From positions 2,119,363-2,183,362 of the forward strand of contig NC_083433.1 of assembly GCF_020745735.1 (NCBI RefSeq): a stretch of 64,000 bases of DNA, read 5' to 3'. This stretch comes from Hemiscyllium ocellatum. Taxonomy: Eukaryota. Below, piece by piece: positions 1 to 14,432 of this stretch (within the stretch, counting starts at the first letter, position 1; the number at the start of each line of letters is the position of its first letter). The position numbers and the translations under genes were made by a program. The notes under the pieces were generated by a model that made no database searches, was not told the DNA's origin, and was given only the letters and a program-made list of their open reading frames with translations.

Positions 1-221
1 ATTTCAGGAATGAATGTGTTATTTTCTGGCACAAAAACAGACCAGGAAATGTGGCCCAATTGTGTCCAATACAGTAAGTTAAGGATTATATTAGATCCAA
101 AAGGAAATAATATAAAGTTGCTCAAAAACGTAACAAACCTGGGGATTGGGACCAGCTTAGAATTCAACAAAGGAGGAGTGAGAGATCGATTAAACGAGGG
201 AAAATAAAGTATGGGAGTAAA

Positions 222-1985
222 TTTGCAAAGGTAGCTAGGGAGAGAATACGGCCCCTCAAAGATCAGCAAGGCAGCCTTTGTGAGGAGCAGCAGTAGACGG
301 GGGAGATACTAAACAAATATTTTGATCAGTATTTACAGTGGAAAAGGACATGGAGGGAAATAGATGATGACATCTTGAAAAATGTCCATATTCCAGAGGA
401 GGAATTGCTGGATGTCTTGAAACGCATAAAAGTGGATAAATCCCCAGGATCTGATCAGGTGTACTCTAGAACTCTGTGGGAATTTGGGGAAGTGATTGCT
501 GGGCCTCTTCTGAGATATTTGTATCATTGATAGTCACAGGTGAGGTGCTGAAAGACTGGAGGTTGGCTAAAGTGGTGCCACTGTTTAAGAAGGGCAGTAA
601 AGACAAGCCAGTGAACTATACACCGGTGAGCCTGACCTCAGTGGTGGGCAAGTTGTTGGAAGGAATCCTGAGGGACAGGATGTACATGTATTTGGAAAGG
701 CAAGGCCTGATTAGGGATAGTCAACATGGCTTTATGCGTGGGAAATCATGTCTCACAAACTTGATTGAGTTTTTTGAAGAAGTAACACAGAGGATTGAGG
801 AAGACTTCAGTAAGGCATTCAACAAGGTTCCCCATGGGAGACTGGTTAGCAAGGTTAGATCTCATGGAATACAGGGAGAACTAGCCATGTGGATACAGAA
901 CTGTATCTACAAAAATAGAAGACAGTGGGTGGTGATGGAGGGTTGTTTTTCTGTCTGGAGGCCTGTGACCAGTGGAGTGCCACAAGAATCGGTGCTGGGT
1001 CCACTACTTTTCATCATTTATATAAATGATTTGGACGTGAGCCTAAGAGTATGGTTAGTAAGTTTGCAGATGATGCCAAAATTGGAGGTGTAGTGGACAG
1101 CGAAGAAGGCTACTTCAGATTACAACGGGACCTTGACCAGATGGGCCAATGGGCTGAGAAGTGGCAGATGGAGTTTAATTTAGATAAATGCGAGGTGCTG
1201 CATTATGGGAAAACAAATTTTAGCTGGTCTTATACACTTAATGGTAAGGTCCTAGGGAGTGTTGCTGAACAAAGAGACCTTGGAGTGCAGGTTCATAGCT
1301 CCTTGAAAGTGGAGTCGCAGGTAGATAGGATAGTGAAGAAGGCATTTGGTTTGTTTTCCTTTATTGGTCTCACTTTTGAGTACGGGGGTTGAGAGGTCAT
1401 GTTGCGGCTGTACAGAACATTGGTCAGGCCACTGTTGGAATATTGCGTGCATTTCTGGTCTCCTTTCTATCGGAAAGGTATTGCAAAACTTGAAATGGTT
1501 CAGAAAAGATCTACAAGGATGTTGCCAGGGTTGGAGGATTTGAGCTTTGGGGAGAGGTTGAATAGGCTGGGGCTGTTTTCCCTGGAGCATCGGAGGCTGA
1601 GGGGTGACCTTATAGAAATTTACAAAATCGTGAGAGGCAAGGAAAGGGTAAATAGGCAAAGTCTTTTCCCTGGGATCGGGGAGACCAGAACTAAAAGGGC
1701 ATAGGCTTAGGGTGAGAGGGGGAAGATATAAGAGAGACGTAAAGGACAACTTTTTCACACAGAGGGTGGTACGTGTATGGAATGAGCTGCCAGAGGAAGT
1801 GGTGGAGGCTGGTACAATTGCAACATTTAAGAGGCATTTGGATGGGTATATGAATAGGAAGGGTTTGGAGGGATATGGACCGGGTGCTGGCAGGTGGGAC
1901 TAGATTGGGTTGGGATATCTGGCGTGGACGGGTTGGACCGAAGGGTTTGTTTCCATGCTGTACATCTCTATGACTCTATGACTAC
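222..1985 (+). mobile_element. CR1 (HER1-like) LINE, 3' part of ORF2 (RT), frameshifted, with 3' tail
   Basis: ORFs 476-1093, 1051-1392, 1399-1704 and 1712-1903 give CR1 RT motifs ([41 protein letters not shown]). Ends in (actctatg)n tail. Confidence 0.95.
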
Positions 1986-2780
1986 ATATAAAAGTGGCTT
2001 GTAAAAGTTTCTATGAGTATGTAAAAAGAAAAAGATTAATTAAAACAAATATAGTCCTTTATGGTGTGAACCACAAGAATTGATAATGAAAAACAAGGAA
2101 ATGGAAAATCTTTTGAACAATGTCTTTTGTCTGTCTTCACAGGCAGAGACACAAGAAACATCTCAAAAATGTGAGAGAAGCGAGGGACTGTTGGGAAGTA
2201 GGAAATTAATCTTAAAATAATAGTCCTTGTGAAAATACTGGGTTACAAACCACACAACAGCAGGTTATAGTCCAAAAACAGGTTTACTTCGAAGCACTGC
2301 TGCTTCATCAGGTGGTTGTAGAGTACTGGCATCTCCAAACTGAGAAAATACTGTCAGTACAAACTGAACCCAGGATCCTGAAGGAGCTGGCCATTGAGCT
2401 GGGATGTGTTGGTTATCAACTTCCAAAGTTCTGTCAATTCAATAACAGTCCCAGCAGATTGGAGGGTGGTAAATGCAATCCCCTTCATTTTAAAAAGGAG
2501 GGAGGGAGAGAGCTGGGAATTAAGAGAGTGCATAACCCGAACATCAGGAATATGAAAAATGTTGGAATCGATGGAAAGGATGTAATAACAGCATACTTTG
2601 ATAATACTGACGGGATTATACAAAACAAAGATGGATTTATATTGAAGGGGAATCGTGTTTGACAGATCCACTAGAGAACGTTGATGATGTAACTCTTGTA
2701 TCATGTCACCTGATACAATGAGTGTGGATCGAGACAGGCTGGGTGGGGGGAAAGCAAAGTCAAGGATTGTCTTTAGGCTT

Positions 2781-2878
2781 AGATGTTCCTGAAGAAGGGC
2801 TTATGCCTGAAAAGTCGAATTTCCTGTTCCTCGGATGCTGCCTGACCTGCTGCGCTTTTCCAGCAACACATTTTCAGC
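2781..2878 (+). mobile_element. Short Penelope-derived repeat with hammerhead-like core
   Basis: CTGAAGA (2789) agggc-ttat-gcct GAAA agtc, followed by the conserved ggatgctgcctgacctgctg body seen in many other copies. Confidence 0.7.
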
Positions 2879-5800
2879 TAAGAAAGAATATACTTACCAC
2901 AGAGAGAGTGCAGTGAAACCTCACCAGGCTGATTCCTGAAATGGCATGTTTGTCGTATTGGGTCACCTGGGCCTGTATTCACTGGAGTTTCGAGGAATGA
3001 GGGAATCTGATTGAAACGGATCAAATTCTGTCAGGGCTGGACAGACTGGAGGCAGCGATGGTGTTTCCCCTGTGTGACTGGGATGGGAGTGGGGTGGGTG
3101 GGGGTGGTGGGGGTGCACTCTCAGGATGCATGATAGGCTGTTTCAGACTGAGATGTGGAGAAATGGCTCCACTCTGAGGGTGGTGAGCCTGTAGAATTCT
3201 CTCCCACAGCAGGCTGTGAACGTCAGGTCACTGAATATGTTTGAGAAAGAAATAGCTAGATTTCTGTAGAATAACAGGATAGAGGGAGAGTGAGATAGAG
3301 GATCAGCCAGGATCGTATTGAATGGTGGAACAGGCTCGATGGGCTGAATGGACTATTCCTGCTCCTAGTTTCTGTGTTTTGATGGAGACTGATCTTTTCA
3401 ATTTGTAATCTCTCCATTGCACAACAGCTCCAAGCCCATCATCAGTAACTTTAAGAAAGCTATACTCCCCTGAGGCATCAATCGTCCCATTTGTCTGGAG
3501 TGAAAACCGAAATTACTGGAGAAATTCAGTAGGTCTGGCAGCATCTGTGGAGAGAAAGCAGAGTTGATGTTTCAGATCCAGTGACCCTTCCTCATAAGGC
3601 TGAAGAACATTCTGTTTAGTTTCTGATTTTTGGAACCTGCAGGTTTTTGGTTGTTAGTCTGAAATGTCCTGTCTCTGTATCACCCTCCAGAAATTGTACC
3701 TCCCTCCCACCATCTCCCCACCATCCAGCAGCTTGGTATTTAGCTTCCAAGAGTCTCAATTCCCTTCCCAAAGCCCTCAACCTCTCCAGCTCTGTCTGTC
3801 TGTTAAAACACTCCGTACAGCCTTTATCTTTGACCTGGTGTCTGGTTGCTCTGGGTCTGATATTCTTTTTTGTGTCTCAGTGTCTGGGTTTGATCTCTGT
3901 TCTTGTGAAACACCAGGTTGTCTCTCCCCATTGAGAAATAATTGGGAAGTGCAACACCTTGGTTTCTCTCCCTCACGAACAGGTGTGGATAGTCTAGTTC
4001 GGTCAGTTCTCTGTCGGCCTGTTTGTTGCTCTCTGTCTTACATCATGTGAGAGGCTGGGCCAGGAAATAATTAACGTCATGGCAAATTGAGAAATTCTGA
4101 GTCAGAAATTGTGAATGTCCTCAGGTTTAGTGTAAAGTTATTTCAGGAAAGTGGGTTGGAGTTAATAAAAACCAATTGCACACGTGTGCAACTCCCAGTC
4201 TTGTTCCTGCGGATGATTCACACAATGTCCTTGACAACACTGAGTAAGCAGCAAAACACTGACTGAGGTGAGACTCCCCGTCAGACGGTGATTACACAAA
4301 GAACAAAGTGGTAAATTCAGAAACAAAGGCTGACTGTGACGGCAGACGTCAGGCCTGGAAAACAGTGCGTTAGAATAATTTGCTCTGAAAGGTTGGGAGA
4401 GGGCCATTCATCCTGACCTGATTTTACTAGCTCTTTGGAAAACCCATCCAAGCAGTTCCCTTCTCCAGCTGTTCCCCTGATTCGCAGCACATTCTCAGGA
4501 TACAGAGTAGGCCCAATCAGACTGAGACGAGGAGAAATGTCATCATTCTGAGGGTGGAGGGAACAGCCTGTCCAGGGGCAGCCTCCAAGTCTAGTCTGGG
4601 GCCAATGGGGGCACTTCCCGAGTCAGGACGCCCTCCACAGGAGACAGATATTGGGCAGGCCAGCATTTCCTGAGTGTTTCTGCTGCCCCCAGTCTGGGCA
4701 TCCTTACACCTGGAATGAAAGGCAGACAGGAACGGAGGGAGATGGAAATGGGGGGCATGTCTGTTCCTGTCAGTGCCAGTGGGGAGGCGCCCCGAGCGAG
4801 TGAGCAGCACAGGGGTTAAGAGTGTCAGGGTTGGGATGGTGACAGCGATGGGGGGGATGAGTTTTCAGGGAACAGTGAGAAGGAGAAAGTCTGAACCTTT
4901 CTGGGAGATGGGTACAGTGGCAGAGAGAGAGAGAGGGGTGAAGGGGATCAGAGAGGAGATGGTGACACTGACCCAGGCAGAGTGGGGAAGGCCCTAAAGC
5001 TCATTCCTAGACAGGCCACGATTCCTCCAGGCAGCTGAGACTACTCTAACCCCAGGGTGGGGAGGGGACCCTCAACCCAGATCAGGGTCTGGTGTTGGGG
5101 CCTCCCGTGCTGCCCCTGGGGAAGAGAACCAGCTCCCTCACACCCCCCCCACCCCAGGATCTCCATGTCCCTGCCCACCGAGTGGGGCATTGATCCACCC
5201 CAGTCTGCAACATCCGGGGTAATGGGGTAAATATCAGGAACTGGGCAGGACACCTCTGGACTGACAGAGTTTGTCTGGATACACCATGGGCTTTTAAAGA
5301 TGGCACGGGAGCAGGGCATGATGGTAAATCCCAGATATCCCAGTCAGGGTGAGTTATTCTGGGAATGGCATGTGATGAGGTGGGAATTAGGGTCTTTTTT
5401 CCTTTGTGGTTCCTTAACTCAACCCACACAGATTCTACTCTATGTCACTTCTTGCTATTAATATAATTTCATTCCAGGACGAGAGGCCATAGTCTTAGGA
5501 TATGGGGAAGCAAATTTAACACAGAATTGAGGAGAAACGACTTCTCCAAAGGGCTGTGAATCTGTAGAATTCACTACCCCATAGTGCAGTGGATGCTGGG
5601 ACAGTGAGTAAATTTAAGGAGGAGTTAGACAGATGTTTAATCAGTAATGGGTTAAAGGGATATGGGGAGAGGGCAGGAAAATGGAGGTGAGGAGCATATC
5701 AGCTATGATCGAATGGGGGAGCAGAGTCGATGGGCCAAACAGCCTAATTCCACCCCTGTATCTTATGAACTTATGAATGGAATCAGACGTGAGGGATGCT

Positions 5801-6684
5801 ATAGGGCAGGGTGGGTAGTTACCGACGGGAATTTTCTTCAGCAAAATTTACCAGGTTTTATGAACAGAAATTTTCCAAAAAGCTCGATGCACCTGAAATG
5901 GAGCCAAAAAAATGAGATTGAAACCATTGTCTTTATTCCTTGGACTTATTCATACACATTCAGAGTGGAGCATTTTAGTCCCTTGCATCATCTCCTGACA
6001 CCTTCCTGCTATGATGAAAAGTTATTGATCTGAAATTTAAATCTTTCTCATCCTCAAAAATAACAATGTACATTTATACACAGCAGTGCCTTCAATGTCA
6101 TAAAGCTGCTTCAAAAGCACTTCACAAGCAAAATTTGCCACTGTTCAGAGCAAAATATAGTTGGCTTTAAGTTTAATTTACATTTTTTGTTTTTGTGTTA
6201 AAAAGGGGGAGACAATGGTTTCCACAATGTACCCCTCTTTGTTCAATGAACATCCCTGAGAGATGGGGTGAAGCTGAGGGCTCACTTGCCTGAGTGTGGA
6301 ATGATAGCTCAGTAATGCTCCCTGCTGGTGAATGGCTGAACAGCATATTGAGAGATGTGACGATGGAGTCGCCATTTCATCCCAATCTCTTGATCAAATG
6401 TAACTGTCACCTCGTTTGCAGTGTTTAAATTCTAGGTAATTCCTTCCTTCTGCATTTTCCAAGCTGCCTCAGTCAGGGTGAAGTGTAGGAATGTGGGATT
6501 TGCTGCTGTTCAGCAAGACTGAGAGTCTTTGTGCTGCTGGTTCATGGGAGTGGGCTGAGGGACAAAGGATTTTGAAATAGGTTTAACAGAGGAATTAGAA
6601 ACAGAAAATGCTGGAAAATTTCTGTAGGTCAGGTCGCATCCCTGGAAAGTACATTCAGTCTGGGCTGTAATTCTTTTTTTTTAA

Positions 6685-6995
6685 GATTAGATTACTTACA
6701 GTGTGGAAACAGGCCCTTTGGCCTAACAAGTCCACACCGACCCACCGAAGCACAACCCACCCATACCCCTACATTTACTCCTTACCTAACACTACGGGCA
6801 ATTTATCATGGCCAATTCACCTAACCTGCACATTTTTGGACTGTGGGAGGAAACCAGAGCACCCAGAGGAAACCCACGCAGACACAGGGAGAATGTACAA
6901 ACTCCCCACAGTCAGTCGCCTGAGGCAGGAATTGAACCTGGGTCTCTGGCACTGTGAGGCAGCAGTGCTAACCACTGTGCCACTGTGCTGCCCAC
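6685..6995 (-). mobile_element. HE1-like tRNA-derived SINE
   Basis: Reverse complement of the ggcacagtggttagcactgctgcctcacag...gggttcaattcc head and the (aatct)n tail. Confidence 0.9.
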
Positions 6996-7249
6996 ACCAA
7001 CCTGTATTTTCCCAGGCCACCTGCATATTGCAGTCCCTATGGCTATTGCATGACTTTCTGACATGCCTTTTCTATCTCTGATTTATCTTCTTCCCCATAT
7101 CCTGACTACCGTTAGGAGGCCTGTACACACCTCCCATCAGGATCCTTTTTTCCTTTGTGGTTCCTCAACTCTGCCCACACAGATTCTACTCTTTCCAACT
7201 CTATGTCACTTCTTGCTATTGACATAATTTCATTTCTTACTGATAAGTG

Positions 7250-7463
7250 TGGAGAAAGTGAGGACTGCAGATGCTGGAGATCAGAGCTGAAAATGTGTTG
7301 CTGGAAAAGCGCAGCAGATCAGGCAGCATCCAAGGAGCAGGAGAATCGACGTTTCGGGCATGAGCCTGACGTTTCCTGAAGAAGGGCTTATGCCCGAAAC
7401 GTCGATTCTCCTGTTCCTTGGATGCTGCCTGACCTGCTGCACTTTTCCAGCAACACATTTTCA
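7250..7463. mobile_element. Head-to-head (inverted) Penelope-derived short element with hammerhead core
   Basis: Inverted arms. CTGAAGA at 7376, gggc-ttat-gccc GAAAcgtc. Flanked by near-identical direct repeats ttactgataagt/ttacggataagt. Confidence 0.75.
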
Positions 7464-8209
7464 GTTACGGATAAGTAACCCTGCTTCCTCTGCCCATTGG
7501 CCTGTTTTTTTCGATAGAACATACATCCTTGGATATTTAGTTCCCAGCCCTGATCCTCTTGCAGCCATGTCTCTATAACACCCACAAGGTTGAACTTGCC
7601 AATTTCACTTTGTGCTACAAGCTTATTTATCTTGTTTCATACTCATTTACTGCATGTATTTAAGATCAATACCCTCAGTGCTACAGTGACTGCCTCCTCC
7701 TCAGTTGTCCCCATTGCTGTTCCTGAAGTTAGATTCCTGACTCTTTCCATACTCTGTCCAATTACTTGTTCTGGAAACTTTAAAACCCTCTGCTGCTCCC
7801 CTCTTAATGTTTTTCATAATTTTCCAAGCAACTGCTGCCCCCAATACCTCCCCGCCATGACCCCAGCTCCCCATGTCCCTCCGAAACCCCCATGTCCCCC
7901 AGCCCCCCGTATCCCCAATATCCCACTGAAACCCCCGATGTCTCCTGACGCCCCTCCCCTCCCCCCCACCACTGAACTGAATTGAATTCACGTTATTGTC
8001 ACATGTACTCAATGAGTACCGTGAGAAGTTGTACAAGGATAACCAGGTCCAGAATCTGATACAAACCTCAAAAATAAAGACACAAAGTTAAAACGTTAAC
8101 CATGACAGTCCTTCTCACTGAGGAGTAGAAAAATGAAGAAACACAGTCTGTAACAGTGTGGCCACACTGGGCTCACACTCCCAACAACAGCTCTGGCTCA
8201 ACCTTCACC

Positions 8210-8550
8210 TCACCACCCTCACCGACCCCACCCCACTCAGCAACCCTGCCCCCTCACCACGTCCCCCCATCACTTACCCCACCCCCCTCATCGGCCCCAC
8301 ACCCACACTGACCCCACCCCCTCGCTGACCCTGCTCCCTCACTGATACGAGCCTCCTCATCGACCCCAACCCCCTCACTGACCCCACTCCCTCACCAACC
8401 CCACCCCTCACTGACCCCAACCCCCTCACTGACCCCACCCCCTCACTGACCCCGCCCCCTCACTGACCCAGAACCCCTCACCGACCCCACCCCCTCACCA
8501 ACCCCCTTTCGCCACCCTCCTGTCACCGACCCCCTCCTCACTGACCCTGC
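8210..8550. repeat. C-rich degenerate minisatellite (ctcactgaccccacccc)n
   Basis: Visible tandem units. Confidence 0.85.
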
Positions 8551-9645
8551 CCCCAGACTGAACCTTACCCCCTCCTCCTCTCCGCCACCAACATCCCCCA
8601 AGGCTGCCTGCTCCCACTGCCCTCATTCTGCGATTGGCCGTCTCTGGTCCCAGCCTGATTCAAGTGGTTCCCATCCCATAGGAACAGCCCCCACCTTCCC
8701 CAGTTCTGGGGCCTGTCCCTCACCAATTTGAACCTGTTTCTCCCAACCTCATCTTTGAGCCACACATTTACCTCTTTAGCCTCACTAACCTCGTGCCTGT
8801 TAGCTCATGGCTCAGGTAGTATTCCAAAGATGATTATTTTGGTTCTGCTTCTCACTTTAGCTCCGATCTGCTAATATTCCCACATCAGAACCTCCTTCCT
8901 CTTTCTCCCGATATTGTTGGTATTCAGGTTGGACTTTGACGACTGGATCTTTCCCCTCCCACTCTGAGTTCCTTTGCAGCCCAGATGAGAAATCCCGAAC
9001 CTGGGGGCCAGACAGGCAACACAGCCTTAGGGACTCTCAATCCTGGCTTCAGAGGACACTGTCCATTCCCCTGACTGTACTACCCCCCATTACAGCTACA
9101 TTTCTCTTTTCTCTACCCTCCCCCGCCCAAATGGCTCCCTGTCCCACGGTCCTACGGTCACTTACTGATGACATCAAAGTCCATGGGGACACAGTGATGA
9201 GTTAGCTGTGAGGGAGAGGATTAGTCATGAGGCAATGATGTCATGACTTGTTATCTAGAGACCCAAGAAATGCCCTGAGGACCTGGGTTCAAATCCCAAC
9301 ATGGCCTTAAGGCCCACCTGGTCACTGATGCCCTTTAGAGAGAGAAATCTGCCTTCCTTACCTGGTCTGGCCTACATGTGACTCCAGACCCACAGTAATG
9401 GGGTTGACAGCAAGAGCTGTTGTCTAGTTCCTCCTTCAACAAGTTCTGAACTCCAAAAAAAATGTTATGAATGAATTTTATTAGGAAACAAGTTATTATT
9501 AAACAATACAATCTCAAATCCTGTGTGGCCCCTTTAAGTTTACAATATTTCCCAAGTCTCTTGTAGATTTGCACAGCCCCTCTCTGTCTCTCTCTCTCCC
9601 TTTCTTTCTCCCATTCTCTCTCTTGGTCTCTCTCTATCTCTTTCT

Positions 9646-11462
9646 NNNNNNNNNNNNNNNNNNNNNNNNNNNNNNNNNNNNNNNNNNNNNNNNNNNNNNN
9701 NNNNNNNNNNNNNNNNNNNNNNNNNNNNNNNNNNNNNNNNNNNNNNNNNNNNNNNNNNNNNNNNNNNNNNNNNNNNNNNNNNNNNNNNNNNNNNNNNNNN
9801 NNNNNCTGTCTGTCTCTCTCTCCCCATNNNNNNNNNNNNNNNNNNNNNNNNNNNNNNNNNNNNNNNNNNNNNNNNNNNNNNNNNNNNNNNNNNNNNNNNN
9901 NNNNNNNNNNNNNNNNNNNNNNNNNNNNNNNNNNNNNNNNNNNNNNNNNNNNNNNNNNNNNGTCTCTGCCTTTGGCCTTGCTTGTCTCCCCAGAAGGTCC
10001 AAGAGAGTGGTCAGCTGGGAAACCCTGTTTTTATACTGTTTTAGATAGTTTTCTGGAACTTTCTGTAGTTTTGACCAATTAGGAAGACTCAGTTTGAAAC
10101 AGTGTCAATCGTTGGTGTAGCAGGAGCCAGTGCCTTTCTGCCTGGGCTCTCCTTTGTTTTGTGGATAAGTTGTTGGGGGATGGTCTATTCAGGATAACTG
10201 TCACCTTTTACATGGTGCTGGTGTCATTGACACCTGCCTGCTGTGTTTGCACTGTGTCTGGTGTAGGGGTTTCTGATTTCAGTCTTTTACTTAGTAATGT
10301 ACCCAGCATCCCTTGGCCAAGTTAACAATCTATCTGTGTTTTATCAGCTAGGAGACTGCTACAGGGCCCTCCGACGTAGCTGAGTGAGCATGTCAGTTGT
10401 ATTAACCACTTTAAAAATCTAAAAAAACAGGAATAAAACCAGACAGACCACCTGGCATTAACTAAGGCAGCAGAAATGACAATATCGAACGCAGCCCTGG
10501 AGACCCCGCAAACTGCTCTGTGCTGATTTGGAAATATATCCTTCCTTGTCCAGTACTTCCCGGGAGCATAGAAACTATGCCATGTTCTTCACAGCCTGCG
10601 ACACTTTATCGATGAGGATGAGCACCACGCCAAGACATTCCCCAAGCCTCCACTTCTCACCTTTAAATAACCTCAAACAGACCATTGTTCACAGCAAACT
10701 GTCCAGGCTTCAGGACAACTTGGGTCACAGCACCATACAACCCTGTCATGGCAACCACTGCAAGACATAACAGAGTGTCGACACACATACCACCATCACA
10801 CGAAGGGACACCCCCCACCGTGTATGCGGCAGGTACTCATGTGACTCAGCCAACGTTGTCTATCTCATACGCTGCAGGCAAGGATGCCCTGAGGCAAGGT
10901 ACATTGGTGAGACCAAGCAGATGCCATGGCAACAGATGAATGGACACTGCACAACAAATTGCCAGGCAGGGATGTTCCCTCCCAGTTGGGGAACACTTCA
11001 GTGGTCCAGGACATTCGGCCTTGGACCTTCGGGTGACCATCTTCCAAGGTGGACTTCGGGACAAGCAACAATGAAAAGTGACCTAGCAGAGGCTGATACC
11101 CAAGTTCGGTATCCATAGGGACGGCCTCAACCGGGACCTTGGGTCCATGTCACATTACAGGTGACCACCATGCACTATACACTCTGTGTCACACGCACAC
11201 ACTTACACACTCACACACTCACGCAGACTGTCTCTCATTCACACACTCTCTGTCAGTCACACGTGCACTCACACCAATGTACACACCCTCTCACAGGCTT
11301 ATACTCCNNNNNNNNNNNNNNNNNNNNNNNNNNNNNNNNNNNNNNNNNNNNNNNNNNNNNNNNNNNNNNNNNNNNNNNNNNNNNNNNNNNNNNNNNNNNN
11401 NNNNNNNNNNNNNNNNNNNNNNNNNNNNNNNNNNNNNNNNNNNNNNNNNNNNNNNNNNNNNN
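9646..11462. other. Three N runs (9646-9805, 9828-9961, 11308-11462) adjoining CT/CA microsatellites
   Basis: N characters in the sequence. Confidence 0.98.
10540..11300 (+). mobile_element. Degenerate Penelope-like element, GIY-YIG endonuclease region
   Basis: 10838-10920 reads CDSANVVYLIRCRQGCPEARYIGET, a Penelope GIY-YIG motif. Confidence 0.75.
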
Positions 11463-11881
11463 ACTCTCTCACGTGCACGCACACATACATATAAGTCTAT
11501 GGGGAGAATTTGCCCCATAGCAGAATTATATTTGCAGTTACATTCAATTTTGTTCAAAAAGCACACAATCTGCAGATTTTATTTTGGTCTCTAACCAAGT
11601 TTGTTTCACTGTGAAGCCTCTTCAAAACATGCCCATGTTGAAGACGCTCTCTGCCTCCCTCAGACGAGCACTCACTGATCCCGATTCTCACTGCCACAAC
11701 ACTGTGACCTCCTCTGCCCTCCAGCTCCTCCCAGTAATCAACCAGGTTGTAGCCTCTGTCTGTCTCCACCTATCCCCACCTGACCACCCTGCCCCATCAC
11801 CCCTTTTATCTGCAGCTCCCCCCCACCCACCCCCAGACCTGAAGAAGGGTTATACCTGAAATGTTGGCTTCTCCACCTCCC

Positions 11882-12115
11882 GATGCTGCCTGCCTTGCTG
11901 TGTTCCCCTCCCTCCCGATGCTGCCTGCCTTGCTGTGTCCCTCTCCCTCCTGATGCTGCCTGCCTTGCTGTGTCCCCCTCCCTCCTGATGCTGCCTGCCT
12001 TGCTGTGTTCCCCTCCCTCCTGATGCTGCCTGCCTTGCTGTGTCCCTCTCCCTCCTGATACTGCCTGCCTTGCTGTGTCCCTCTCCCTCCTGATACTGCC
12101 TGCCTTGCTGTGTTC
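11882..12115. repeat. 35-bp tandem repeat x7, amplified from the body of a hammerhead-bearing Penelope repeat (core at 11839)
   Basis: gatgctgcctgccttgctgtg... recurs at 11882, 11917, 11952, 11987, 12022, 12057 and 12092. Confidence 0.9.
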
Positions 12116-13289
12116 TCTCAGCCTCCTGCCTGTCTACACAATCTGTCGGCAGTAGATATTTTTGAAAATCCATGTGATATTTATATATTCCGATTTGGAA
12201 ATAGAATGAAATGAAATCTGACTCAAGAACGGAATATAAACAGATTCTAACCTCACACCTTTAATGCGTTGTCTGAGCTGTGATGTCACTTTGTTTTATA
12301 AAACCTTGTTATCTCAAGAATGTGACTGAAAAGAAGTTCTGGGATTTACATATTAATGAACCGAACCTGTAACCCATTTGGATGGGTATATGAATAGGAA
12401 GGGTTTGGAGGAATATGGGCCGGGTGCTGGCAGGTGGGACTAGATTGGGTTGGGATATCTGGTCGGCATGGACGGGTTGGACCGAAGGGCCTGTTTCCAT
12501 GCTGTACATCTCTATGACACTGTGATCTTTTACTTTAAATTCTGTGTCCTATGATCTTGCCCTAGCTACCTGACAAAGAAACAGCGCTCCGAAAGCTAGT
12601 GCTTCCCTATAAACCTGTTGGACTATAACCTGGTGTTGTGTGATTTTTAACTTTGTCTACCCCAGTCCCACACCAGCTCCTCCACATCATTGAAATATAT
12701 CGCCATTCCTTCACTGTTGCTGGGTCAGACTCCTGGCATTCCCTCTCGAATGGCATTGTAGATCACCTACAGCACATGGACTGCAGTAAGAAGGCAGGTT
12801 CTCACCAAGAGATGGGTAATAAATGATGACCCAGCCAGTGAGACCCACACCTCTGAATGAATTTTAGAAAGATCTGGAATTGGTGTGTGTGTGCTGAGGG
12901 GTGCATCAGTGCCCTGCACTGACCGTGGAGGACAGCACAGTGGAAAGAAGATAATGGGGGTGGGGGAAGCATTATGTGAGGGGTTGAATGGCCCTCTGTG
13001 TTTCTGTGTTTAAGGCTGGGAGGAGATTTGATTAAGAGGTTTCTGGCCAGAGGACATTCGGAGAAACTGCTCCCATCGATGGAAGGATCAGCAAATAGAG
13101 GTTTAAGATGATTGGCTAAAGGGTCAATGGCAGCCTGAGGAAAAAGACCACTTCAATGCAATGATTGGTTCACATGGAGAAGGTCTGACAGTGGGATGGA
13201 GGTGGTTCATAGTCTATAGCGTGGAAACAGACCTTTTAGTCCAACTCATCCATGCCAACCCAAACCGAACCAGCCACACTTAACTGCAT

Positions 13290-13830
13290 TTGGCCCACAA
13301 CTGTTTTCCCTGCAGTGTCGGAGGCTGAAGGGTGACCTGATCAAATCATCAGGGGCATGGCTGGGGTAAATAGACAAGGTCTTTTCCCTGGGGTGGGGGA
13401 GTCCAGAATTAGAGGCATAGTTAAAAATCACACAACACTAAGTTATAGTCCAACAGGTTTATTTGGAAGCCCCTGTTGGATTATAATCTAATGTTGTGTG
13501 ATTTTTAATTTAGTCCACCCCAGTCCAACACTATCCACCACATCTAGGTGGCACAGGTTTGAGGTGAGAGGGGAGGGATATAATAAAAGGGACCTAACTT
13601 TTTCACTCAGAGGGTAGTGTGTCAATGGAATGAGCTGCCAGAGGAAGTGGTGGAGGCTGGTACAATGACAGCATTTAAAAGGCATCTGGATGGGTATATG
13701 AATAGGAAGGGTTTGGAGGGATATGAGCCAAATGCTGGCAAATAGGACTAGATTAATTTAGGATATCTGGTTGGCATGGACGAGTTGGAGCGAAGGGTCT
13801 GTTTCCGTGCTGTACTTCCCTGTGATTCTA
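13290..13830 (+). mobile_element. CR1 3' fragment with inserted Penelope-derived piece
   Basis: CR1 3' motifs (gaatgagctgccagaggaagtggtggagg...) and tail. Confidence 0.85.
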
Positions 13831-14069
13831 TGTTAATGGTGAAATGGCAAGCGGGAAGGACAGCTCAGCAATGAGATGGAGTGGCGCTGGGCTCAGCATA
13901 ATCCTGAGAACTGCCACATTCTCAACAATGAACAGAGCCCAATAACAGAAACGACATGCAGTAACTGCTGCTGAGTGAGTCCTCTTCCAAGGACAGCTCA
14001 TCCCCATGGAATGAGACCCTCCCTGAATGGAACATCCGAAAGATAGGATGGAGTTGTAATCAGAACAGC

Positions 14070-14432
14070 ATGTAGTGAGAAAGGAAAGACAGAGAGAAGG
14101 AGAGGGGAGAGAGAGGGAGGGGGGAGGAAAGAGCTGGAGAGGGAGAGAGTGAGAAAGAATGGGGAGAGAGATAGTGGGGGGAAGAGAAATGGAGAGAAAG
14201 AGATGATAGGGAGAGAGACAGGCACGGGGGAGAGAGGGAGAGTGAGAAAGAGGGATAGTGGGTGGGGAGAAGGAGAGAGAGAAAGAGGGTGAGAGATGGG
14301 GGGGCAGAGAAATAGAGAGAGGGAGGGGGAGAGAGGGAAAGTGAGAGAGGATGGGAAAAAAGAGAGACAGGGAGAAATAGGGAGGGAGATAGTAGGAAAG
14401 AGAGTGACAGATGGAGGAGGAGGAGAAAGGGA
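14070..14432. repeat. Polypurine GA-rich low-complexity tract
   Basis: Almost pure G/A. Confidence 0.9.

Larger units (their letters stand above)
7000..9160 (-). mobile_element. 5' part of a degenerate CR1 LINE (ORF1 esterase-like and start of ORF2 endonuclease), interrupted by insertions and low-complexity repeats
   Basis: Minus-strand ORF 8565-8765 (WGRWGLFLWDGNHLNQAG, SGNH-esterase-like ORF1) and 7388-7585 (IETWLQEDQGWELNIQG, APE N-terminus). Confidence 0.7.

Noticed and set aside
4517-5350. Unique GC-rich stretch with short ORFs and a gtgagt donor-like site
   Set aside because: No recognisable protein similarity or coherent exon chain
9405-10363. Possible solo LTR (TG...CA) inside a SINE
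   Set aside because: Imperfect TSD (gggt/gggc) and the interior is largely N, so it cannot be supported
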